From contig NGBS01001160.1 of NCBI GenBank assembly GCA_002245135.1, positions 682,001 to 746,000 on the forward strand: a stretch of DNA of 64,000 nt, read 5' to 3'. This DNA is from Proteromonas lacertae (lineage: Eukaryota). The position numbers were made by a program, and so were the translations under genes. Of this stretch, positions 38,201 to 49,315 are shown piece by piece. Under the pieces are notes generated by a model. It was not told the DNA's origin, made no database searches, and saw only the letters and a program-made list of their open reading frames with translations. Positions within the stretch are counted from its first letter, which is position 1; each line of letters starts with the position of its first letter.

Positions 38201-38415
38201 TAACTGATCTACAAACTATATTGAGGAATAATCCAGAGAATTCGTTATCATTGAAGAAGAAGCCAGTTCCTAGAAGTATTAGTGCAATATTTCCACAGAA
38301 GTTCACTAAGAGTGGTATTAATCCTGATGATATGTTTGGTGGAATTGATGATTCTGTTCCAGAGGAAGCATTTAGTGATGATGATGATGATGATGATAGT
38401 GCTGTGTTTGTATAA
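35201..38415 (+). CDS. CBM20 + trehalose-6-phosphate synthase (GT20) + trehalose-phosphatase fusion protein
   Basis: Spliced N-terminus VVGSHPSLGMW...YPIW...YKY (CBM20); GYCKGYLWPIFH, PFPSSDVF, PLRDG, IISELTG, VNPW (GT20); TDYGGTL, SGR, LAAEHG, VDKG, IGDDSADE (TPP). Confidence 0.92.
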
Positions 38416-38670
38416 AAATTATTATATAAAAGTTATAAATTCTGAGTTTTTTTTTATAAATTATATAGTAAAGCCAATAAAATTTACATTCTATTCTTTA
38501 TATTATTGTATTTCTAAGAGGAAATAAGATAAATACATAATTAAAAGGATTTATAACATATTATAAAGAATCATTAATACATACTACTATCATCATTTGT
38601 TTGTAGTATTTATTATATTTGTTTGTAAATAAATCATATTTAAAAAAAAAAAATGTTTAACAATAATAAA

Positions 38671-40065
38671 CTACATATGAATTAAACAAAGAATTCCACA
38701 TGATAATAGCAATGTAATTGGTGTTAATATACATCCAACCTTTATAAATGTGAAAAAGGAAATATTAATCTTATAATCTAACAATATTCTTAACCACATA
38801 ATACCAGCTAAAGCTCCTAATGGAGTTAAATTTGCACCTAAATTACTACCAATAACAGATGCAAAAACAGCATTTTCATTAAATGGCTTTGACATGGATG
38901 ATATAATAGGAACAAATGAAACAGACATTGGTATATTATTTAATACATTAGCAGCAATGGTTGAACCAACACCATAAACTAATAATACTTTAACATTTGA
39001 ATCTGATATACCAGAAAGAAAATGACCAATTTTTGAAAATACATCATGAAATGTTAAGCAATTTACTAATATAAATAATGAAGGTAAAAATGGAAGAATT
39101 GGCCAAGGTAAAGTAGACATTATAGAAATAAAGAAACCAGGGGATGGTTTTCTGACTATATCAATAACAATATTATAAATTAATAAAACTAATCCTAAAA
39201 TAGCAGAAATTTGCCACATCTCAAATGGAAAGAATGGTAATGAACTAATTGCCATTAAAACTATAGTTATTGATAATATGATTAAACCAACAATCATATC
39301 ACATTTATTTTTAATGCATTCACTTGGATCATGAGGACTTCCCACTTTTGTGAATGGCATGTTAATCTCTTTACTAAAATAAATGTATAAAACAAAAACG
39401 TTAGTTAATCCACCTATTAGTGTAGCAGGAACCATGTAAACGAAAAAATGTATAAATGAAATATTGAATGCTGTTCCTAATACTATGTTTGTTGGATTTG
39501 AAATAATGAATATCATACTCCATGTGTTTGCAGCAAAAAATTCTCCAAATAAAAAAGGAATTGGGTCTATTCCTACAGCTTCTGCAAAATGATATATAAA
39601 AGGAGTAAATGTCAAAATAACAACATCATTTGAAGTGAAAACAGTTAAGACTGAGACTGTGAAATATATTATAAAGTACAATTTACGACTACTACCTCCT
39701 GATTTATTTACAGCGTATAATGCACACCATTCAAAAAATCCTGTGCAATCTAAAAATTTAGATATATAAACCATTGAAAAGAACAATATAATAATCCCAA
39801 CAGGATTTAATCCTTGAAACATCCACAATCCATCCATAGCGACTTTAAACGGAATACAACCAGTAGCCAAGCAAATAATAGCTCCAATAAAAGGAAATAT
39901 AAAAAATGTTTCAACTACAATAACTCTCTTATAACTAGTACCTACAACGTTATATTCAACTCTCTTTCCGTATTTATATGTAATTGTCGGTTTAAAGAGT
40001 GCCAACAGCGCCATACCAGCGATTGATATACAAAATATGATTATAGATAATATGAATTTATCCAT
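38671..40065 (-). CDS. ArsB/NhaD (ion transporter superfamily) permease, intronless
   Basis: Multi-TM protein with TSNDVVILTFTPFI, ANTWS...SNPTN, NNIPMS and IGSNLGANLTPLGALAGIMW. Confidence 0.85.
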   Translation of the reverse strand: MDKFILSIIIFCISIAGMALLALFKPTITYKYGKRVEYNVVGTSYKRVIVVETFFIFPFIGAIICLATGCIPFKVAMDGLWMFQGLNPVGIIILFFSMVYISKFLDCTGFFEWCALYAVNKSGGSSRKLYFIIYFTVSVLTVFTSNDVVILTFTPFIYHFAEAVGIDPIPFLFGEFFAANTWSMIFIISNPTNIVLGTAFNISFIHFFVYMVPATLIGGLTNVFVLYIYFSKEINMPFTKVGSPHDPSECIKNKCDMIVGLIILSITIVLMAISSLPFFPFEMWQISAILGLVLLIYNIVIDIVRKPSPGFFISIMSTLPWPILPFLPSLFILVNCLTFHDVFSKIGHFLSGISDSNVKVLLVYGVGSTIAANVLNNIPMSVSFVPIISSMSKPFNENAVFASVIGSNLGANLTPLGALAGIMWLRILLDYKINISFFTFIKVGCILTPITLLLSCGILCLIHM

Positions 40066-40716
40066 AAACAAAAAAATGTAATTGTTTCAAAAATATATTC
40101 GTTTTGATGGAATAGTATTTCAAGCAACACTATATTCATTCATTTATATTACAATAGTTGTATATCTTCCCATTACAACTGCTAGTAAAAAACAATTCTT
40201 CACTATAATTCCTAAAATCATTCACAAAAGCAGAACATTTATTATATTTTTTGTTATATCATCGTAAACACTCTTATTTGCACCAGTTGCCCATATCATA
40301 AATACACTATTTGATGTACAAGATTGCATTTTTTCTTCTTTCAATACTGATACTATATTTAATAATATATTGCATTCATTTTCAGATTTGCAAAATTTAC
40401 TATCCATTTTATTCAATATATTATTCAAAAATCAAATTATTATGATTCTTTTGTGTCTTCTTCATTAAATTCGGCTTATCTATATCTTTTTTGGTATATT
40501 AATTGATATCTGTTGAGTATTATCAATCAAAACACTTTAGTTAATTCTGTAATGCAAATTTCACATGTTTATAATTAATATTAGTTGCAAATATACCACA
40601 TCATCTGTCAATACTTAGTAACACAAAGATCAATCAGATTCTCTAATCACATCAATCAAATAATTCTTTTTCTTAAACTAAGCTTGATTCCTATCAAACA
40701 TCAAAATTCTTTTTTT

Positions 40717-41184
40717 ATGTCTACTAGCTATCAGAACGTAGTTACAGGGAAATTGAAGTTAGCTGTTAAAAGTAAAGTAGTCACACCAGACGAGTATCAT
40801 ATGTCTATACCTTTTAGACTTAAGAAAAGAAAGCATCACCACCACCATGATAAAGAAGATAAAGAATCATCTAAAAAACGAAAATTAGCTATTCCTAATA
40901 TAGAAGAAAAAATAAAAAAGTATAATTGGAGTTTTTATTCTTATAGAGATGAATATGAACCAGTGGTTAGAGAAGATACTCGAACAGAAGCTGAGAAGAA
41001 GTTTGAAGAAGCTAGAAAAGCCAGAGTATACTTTAACAAAATATTGATAATTTAGGAGAAGAGTTTAGCAAAGGAGATGGCACGAAAATCACATCGAGAA
41101 AGAATATCTGAATTTAATGAGAAAATGTGTAAAGCAACAGAATACTATGAAATGCCAAAAATTGCTTCAGCTGGTTTAGGTTAA
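40717..41184 (+). CDS. FAM32A: FAM32A-like protein (DUF1754), 3 introns
   Basis: YQNVVTGKLKL, RTEAEKKFEE and KSHRERISEFN...TEYYEMPKI. Confidence 0.85.
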
Positions 41185-41262
41185 TGATATTTATTTTTAT
41201 TTTTATTTTTTTAATATTGTTTATAAAATGAAAAACAAACAATATAACAGAAATAATATATT

Positions 41263-43635
41263 TTAAACTCTTTTTCTCTTCATCAATTCTAAAGGTATTA
41301 GATATATAATGTATATATATATACGAAATGATACTAATCCAATAACAGCTAATGTTGATAATGTCATAACAACTGGAAGTTTCATACTTCTTTTACTTTT
41401 AGTTGCAAAACCAATACCTCTTGTAACAGTAAATTCATACAACAAATTGTGATTGAAATTCTTTATTCTATTATTGAATTCAAGTGGATCAATCAACCCT
41501 ACATCTTGAGTATGTTTTCTAATTATTTTAAATGATTCACATTCATTAAATTTAACTGTCAATAAATCAGATTTTGTTCCAATAAACTGCATTTTTAATG
41601 ATAATGGTATTTGTTTCTATCATCATTAAATATTATATATATATAGAATATACTTGAATATTAATTGCTTCATATGCAGATTGAGTGCTTGTAGAATCAT
41701 ATAATATATCTAAACATAATAATCAATAATATTATTATAATAAATTATACAAACTACATCACAATAATTGATATTGTTAGTTAGTATTTTATTGATATTA
41801 TTATTACTACATTCAGTCATCTAAAACAACAATATATAAGAGATTTATATATATACAATAATTGATTTCTCTTCATCGCTTTTACCTGATATACTATACA
41901 CACCTGTATAAGTATCAGTAGGATAAGAAGTAATTTCATTCTGTAAAAAGTGACTTATAAAACTTGTCTATTAAAAAAACAATAATAAAGACTGAATTAT
42001 ATATATATATATATACTTTACCACTTCCTTTTGATCCAACAACAAAGCAATGAATAGTTTTATAATCCAACTCTTTATGCAAACGAAACTCTAATGATGG
42101 ACATCTATTCAATAAGAATAATTATTTTATAATTTTATATACTTTTTAACAACAAATGCAGTATTAATATCATCTCTATAACCAAGATAAATCAACATTT
42201 CCAATGTATAATTCACATTAATATGAATAAGAAGATTCCATAATGAAAAGAATGAGATATAAGTCAATGTATCATTAACGTTCTTCGTTATTAATGAAAA
42301 TGGAATATCTTTAGAAAAACTATAAATAATATATAATTATATATTAAATAAATACAATTCTGAATTTAATATATTCTCATTATAAAATATATTATCATAT
42401 TCAGTAATCTTTGACATTTCTTTTATATCATTATAACTCAATTTACCATCATGATCTGAATCATATTGAATAAATATCTTTCTAAGATAATTAATTGCAT
42501 TATCAGATAATTCATATCTACAATTATTATCTATAACAGGTAAATGAGAGGTATTGTATTGCAATTCTTTATTATAACTATATTATATAATATATATATA
42601 TTAATAATACTTAAACTTGTGTAATATCTGCCAACATGATTCTGGATTATCTCTTTCAATAAACATAAACACCAATAACACAAAACCACTATATATTAAT
42701 TATTATTAATATTATATACTCAAATGTAATATAGTTTTTATATAATGCATTTTTATTTGCTTTAAATAAAATATTTTTAATCTGCGAAATATGACAAGAT
42801 AATAAATCAACATAAAAACAGGATTTCTATAATAATATGTTATATATAAATACTTGAAAATTAGATAATTCTGTATCATTTAAATAATTATCACAATCAA
42901 TATCATAATAATTAAATATTCTATGTAATACCATTATATATTTATCAGTAAATGACTATTTAAATAAATAAATATAAATTTATACATTATTTAATCGATT
43001 ATAAATTGGTGTTAATGGAGATAAAACAGATCTTTCACAATAATAAAAGGCAGTTTGGATATTTTCAGTGGAAAATTTAGTGCACAAAACAGATGCTTCT
43101 ATATTGTTGTATATACTTAACATTTTGTCTGAAAATTCTTTTAATTGTAATTTGATTTCATCGATTTGTGATGGATCTATTAAATCTACTTTATTTCCTA
43201 CAATAACAACTTGACACTATTAATAATTAATAATATACAATAGTCATACTGATTGATTATTCTCTTTTAAGAAAGTGAACAAGTTATTTGTCAAGAAATC
43301 AAGTGAATTTGGTTTTGTTATATCATAAACAGCTAAAATAGCATCATACTATAATAAATAATCAAATAAAATATACTCTTTCGTATAAAATCAGTTCCTT
43401 ATAATTATTACCTAAAATATATTAAATAAATAAGTTACCAGAATCTGTAATTAAAACTGTTGGATCTTGCTTATTTTCTGGAGGTATCATCACCTCATCT
43501 AGAATAGATGGAACATCTTCATCTTCTGATTCACTAACAAGTGAATGTATTAAACTACTTTTACCAACTTTATCTATTAATATTATATTGAATATATTTA
43601 CTTGCTCCTACAACGAGAATTTTCAAAAAATTCAT
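41263..43635 (-). CDS. MIRO: Mitochondrial Rho GTPase (Miro), about 15 introns
   Basis: N-GTPase ILVVGANKVGKSSL and VVGNKVDL; EF hands DIDCDNYLNDTEL and DSDHDGKLSYND; second GTPase CFVVGSKGSGK and FIGTKSDL; C-terminal TM followed by a basic tail KRKRV. Confidence 0.9.
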
Positions 43636-44167
43636 TTAAAAAATCAATGAAACGATCAAATATTTTGAAACATGATTTGAATTGATATACAAGCAATGCT
43701 GAATGCTCTTAGAAGTAATAACATGCATGTTATATGATCTTTTGAATTGTAAACTATCAAATAATTCAAGTGCCTTCACAATTGTGTTCTATATTATATT
43801 ATGCTCTATTAAAAGGATGACTGATTAATATATTTCATGCATATCATATAAATGAACATAAATTTTAGTTAAATACTTTTAAATACCCATTTTATTTTTT
43901 ACATGGATGTGAAATGAAAGTGAAAATCACCATAATGCTTATAAAATGGATAATATTATGCTTTTATGTCAATTAAAAAAGCTATGAATGAAATGTCAAA
44001 TATTAGGTTAATCTTACATAAAAGTGATGTGTACATATATTCAAATTAATAGAGAAGCATAAATAACTCAAAATGGAAGGTAATTACCTAGAAATGACAC
44101 TGTGTAAATAAAGAAAAAAAATTGTCGGTTAATATTTCTAAAATTTCATAAAATTTTGAATTTAGAA

Positions 44168-45688
44168 ATGTCTGTCAAAATCAACTCTCTCACACTTTGT
44201 ATGAAAATTTTAAGGTTATATTTTAGGTTTTGCCTTTTTTGTCTGCCTATCTGCAGTTTTTGCTTCCTCAGTTCAGCAATCTGGCAAATCATACAAATTA
44301 CTTGGCAAATTTTCCCCCAAAAGTGTAATTCACAATGATGGTGATGATGAAGTGCTGGTAAAAAGAAAGTTCAGCAAAATAACCCCAACTGAAAAGAATA
44401 ATTTGAAACACTTGGAAGTTGAGGAGAAGAAGGTAGATAACGAAGAAATAAAGATTAATAAGGATGGGAAAAAGTTAATTGAAGCAGAGAGAGAATTGGG
44501 TGATGAAAATGAAAGAGAATTAAGGTGGTTATTACTAGTGATACAACTGAAGAAGAATCATCAGCATCAACAGCTGATGTTACAACACCATCAACAATCA
44601 GAACCAATAACTACTGATCCAACAACTACTGATCCAACAACCACTGATCCATCAACTACTTCACAATCACAAGGATCATCAACAACACAAGCAGCATCAA
44701 CAGATCAACAACAGAAGCAACTACTTCAACTAATGAAGCTACAACAACAGAACCAGATACAGACAGGATCAACCAGAAACAACAGAAGCAACAACTGCCA
44801 ACAGATTCACCAGCTACAACCACACCATCACATCAGAAACGATCAACATCTGATAGCAACTACATCCATCAGTCAACAGAAACAACAACTACACCATCTT
44901 CAACATCAGAAACTGGATCAACAACTACACCTACAGAAACTGGACCAACAACACCAGAAGCAACTACTGAAAAGCCAACTACACCAGAACCAACTACTAC
45001 TTATTCTATATCACTTTACATATAATCATTACTAAAGCTAAATAGTACTGTAATGAATGATGCTTATGAGGAAGATGGAGATTATTATTATGAGAATGTG
45101 GAAAGAAGATTTTAAAACACTTTACTCGAAAATATAACTAATATCTTCCAACGATGATGTAACAATGTTGAAGTTATAGATATTAATAATGATACATACT
45201 GACTGTCAGATCATACAAAGAATAGTTTGAGAGGATTAGAAAATAGTAATGATGTATGGAATTATGAATTTACTTTGTAAATGTTACAATAACTGTTAAA
45301 ATCTTATGATGAATGAGCGTGATCAATATTAATGAAACTTTAAATGAAATAAGTGAAGAAGATAAGATTGATGATAAAATCATTAGTAATAAGTATTATG
45401 AAAATTTGATAGTGTTGAACTAGTGAATAGCAAGTATTACTACTATTTCAATAGGTTGAAACTAACATCAGGAGAAGTTGAACTACAACTACACCAACTG
45501 ATGATAGTCAAGGTGGTGATGATGATGATGATGATTGGAAGATAGTAGTAGGTATAGTAGTACCTGTAGTATGTATAATAATCATCATATTAATCGTACT
45601 ATGCTGCTTATACTGTAAGAAACCCAAATATACAGTTGATGAGAAGACTGGTTCAAAGGTGATGAGACAAACAAACCCATACCTTTAA
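44168..45688 (+). pseudogene. Disrupted mucin-like type I membrane protein gene
   Basis: Thr-rich repeats (TTDPTTTDP) and TM WKIVVGIVVPVVCIIIIILIVLCC with tail ...TNPYL, but many frameshifts and stops. Confidence 0.65.
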
Positions 45689-45894
45689 AGGTAAATTTTA
45701 AGCACAACTAAACATATATATTTATTAATTTCTCAAAATGCAAAAGAAGTAATATATTAATTTTGTTTGTTATAGTTGAATGAATGTTACAAAACCATAA
45801 AATAAGTTGTGATAAATATGAGCATAATTAAAATGATACGAAATTGTGATAAAAATGACAGTTTAAATACTTTAGACATAATTGTGAAACAGAA

Positions 45895-46982
45895 ATGAAT
45901 TTCAAATTATTCTTGATTAGTATAACCAAAATTATCTTTTTATAATATATAGTATTTATTCTATTCTTCGTTATTCACATCGTAAAAGCAAATAAAAACG
46001 AAGAAGATTCTGATTATGAAATTCTATACAAAAGAATATCTTTATCCAATTCCAAGCAAGTAAGTAATGATAAACATGTAAAGAATAAAATAAAATATAT
46101 TGCTGCTGTAGAACAGATAGATGAGAAAGAAACAATTGAAGAATCAACCTTAGAATCAAATACTGTTGAAAATATACTAACAACAACATCTATTACCACT
46201 CCAGACACAACAACCATAATTGAATCATCTACAACTATTCAAGATACGACAACTACGGAATTAACAACTAATACTCCTCAATCAACAACAGAATATACAA
46301 CACCAGAAGAAACAACAACTACTGTTGATATTACCATCTATTTCAGATATAACAACTGCTGAATCGACTACTACTCAAGAGATTATAACACAAACAACTT
46401 TACTCCCTTTCAATAAAGGTGATATAACAATCATTATTACATTCTGCAATACAATATCAAACACTTTATCTGATAAATCAATCACATCCCTTAAAGTAAT
46501 TTTCATTTATTTATATTCTAAAGTATTTAATATCAACATAACAGAAAATCAAATACAGATACAAGTAGAACAGACTAAAAATACTTTTCTAAGAATATTA
46601 TCATCAAGTAATCTGATATTGATATTGAGTATAAAAATAACATCAGATAATGAATATGAATATATCCTGTTGAAAAATGCCACTGAAGTATTTGTCCAGA
46701 GCTATTACAACAACACATTAGTATGAATCGAACTATCCATTAATTTTACTTGAAAAAATCAAGAATGACAGCAATTTAAAAGATATATTCCTAAACTCCA
46801 ACATTATTAATTTAGATTATTATTTTTCTATAGATAATGAAGAACCAACTAAAAAACCTGAGAATAATACTTGGAAGATTATTATAGGAGTTGTTGTCCC
46901 ACTTGTTTGCATTGTGATTATTCTAATTGTTCTACGTTTAATCAAGCCAAAGAAAGCATCTCATCAAAAAGCAAGATTTTAA
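45895..46982 (+). CDS. Mucin-like type I membrane protein (signal peptide, Thr-rich stalk, SEA-like domain, TM), one apparent +1 frameshift
   Basis: MNFKLFLI/IFILFFVIHIVKA, T-rich region, FLRILSS and WKIIIGVVVPLVCIVIILIVL. Frameshift near 46325; intron 46688-46721. Confidence 0.65.
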
Positions 46983-47153
46983 CAATCTAAATCTAAATTT
47001 TTAATATTATTCCAATATTTCATATTATTTGTATTGATTGTACTGATAGATATATAAATAAACCAAAATAACACACCTGATCACCTTATATCTCACTCTA
47101 CAACTTTTAAAAATCAAGCCTATATCAAACTATTTTTATCGTTTTTTTCTATA

Positions 47154-49196
47154 ATGGGTGGTGGTACTTCTAAAGTTGGTATATTTACATTTGTTTATGT
47201 TAATCTTGTAGCACCTACATCAAACAAGAAGGATGAGCCTCCAATTGAAAAGAAAATATCAAAAGCATCTGAAAAATACCTTGCGGAAATGAAACAGAAT
47301 GAGCAAGCTGCTAAAAGTCATGTTAGTGATGCTTCTATACGGTCAAAGCGAAAGAGTACTCTACCTAAACAAGAAATTCGTAGGATAAGCATAGATTTAG
47401 CATCTGTATTAAATAATTGATATATTATATTTTAATTAGAAATCTTATATAAGTGAATTGCAATCTATACAAGGTTATATGCAATTTTTGGTAAAGAATA
47501 TAATAAACGTAGATGATATGGATGTATTCAAACAAAAATACGGTTATTTTTCTATCTTATACTCAGAAGATACATTTATCTCAGAAAAAGCACACAAAGT
47601 ATAAACAATTAATCTAATTATTTATATAACCAATAGAATGGAGAATGGAATGAGTGTTATCCAATCATAATAAAGAAGCCAAACACCTCTGTCTACCTCC
47701 GATGTGGAGATAAAGATATGGATCAATTACTAGGAAGGGGAGAAATAAACTTAATGAAATACATAGTTCGATCAAACAATACAGATCCAATTGATGTTTA
47801 TATCCCATTAGACGAATCAATAGAATGTTCCAATAAACCAATTAACCATGTACCTTGTATTCACGTTGTATTACAAATGATTAATCGAGATGATTTATAT
47901 ATGCAATTTTATAAATCATTACTAGACATTTATACTGATTCTGACTCCTTAAGTGAAGTAGAAGTTATCTCAATAATGGATGAAATTGGTCATTCAATGA
48001 CAGATGATTCTATTAATAAGATAGTGAATGATTTAAAGAATGAAAGTGGTATAATAACCAAAGATAGATTAGTTAAATATTTAATATCACCAGAGTTTGT
48101 ATCTGAACCAATGGCTTATTCAATGTTATCGTATGTTTTATATGGTGAAACTGATGTGTATAATATGTTATCTAGTTTATATAATACTATTGATGATGAA
48201 ACGAGTAAACATATCACCATTGGGAAGGTAAACCCTCAAGAATCTATAGATACAATATATTATAGAGATAGAGATAGTTGTTTAACCGCCATTGAATATA
48301 TTCCAAGATATATAACAATGATATATCATTTATTACACTCTTATAATGCTAATAATAAGAATATACAAAATATTTATTCAATTATTAATAAATTAACAAC
48401 CTGTGAAGGATTACATTACAATTCAGCTAAGAGTATTCGATATATTAAACCATTTATTGAGAAGTATAATATACCAACAGACTGCTGGACTGAACCAATA
48501 GAGAAATATCGAACTTTTAATGAGTTTTTAGCTAGAAAAATAGATCCAGAATCTAGACCTTTAGATTTTCCAGATCATAGTAATAATACTGGAATATTTT
48601 CATGCTGTGCTGATTCTAAAGTGACTGTATTTGCTACAGTCAATGAAGCGGCGAGTATATGGATTAAAGGAAATGAATTTACAGTTAAATCGTTGTTAGA
48701 TGAGAGAGGTGATGAATTATCATCTCAATTTGAAGGATGTTCGATTGTTATTAACAGATTGTCACTACAAGACTATCATCATTTTCATTTCCCAGTCAGT
48801 GGTAAATTATTGCGTAAAACAATGATTACTGGTAAATTACAACCATTACATCCGTTATATTTAAGAACACCTGAAGATAACCCATTTACTACAAATACTA
48901 GACATATATTAGAAATTGATAATCCTTCATTTGGTCTGGTGGTTATGATACCTGTTGGATCGTGTTTATTTGGCTCTATTAAGTATGTTGATGAATTATC
49001 ACCTCCTTGTGAGGTTAAGATGGGACAAGATTGTGGATACTTCCAATATGGTGGTTCTGCAATTATTACACTAATACAGAGAGATAAAATAAAATTTGAT
49101 ACAGATTTATTAGAGAATACAAGAAAATTAATTGAGACTCTTGTTATGTGCAACAAGAAAATAGGTATATCTTCCAAATTGGATGAAGGTAATTAA
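47154..49196 (+). CDS. Phosphatidylserine decarboxylase, PSD2-type (C2-like/EF-hand N-terminus)
   Basis: YRTFNEFLARK, IWIKG, RLSLQDYHHFHFPVSG and autocleavage motif FQYGGSAII; N-terminal MGGGTSK. Confidence 0.92.
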
Positions 49197-49315
49197 TTAA
49201 TTCATTAATATTCCTAATTTTTTTAAAGAATTGAATTTTGTGTTGAAACAACCAAAAACGAATCTATTTTTATTGCATTTAGTAAAAATTGATCCGTTTC
49301 ATTTCATTTTGATAA

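Noticed and set aside
44352..45035. Gln/His-rich ORF as a polyQ protein
   Set aside because: Mostly an off-frame reading of Thr-rich ACA/ACT repeats in the disrupted mucin gene.
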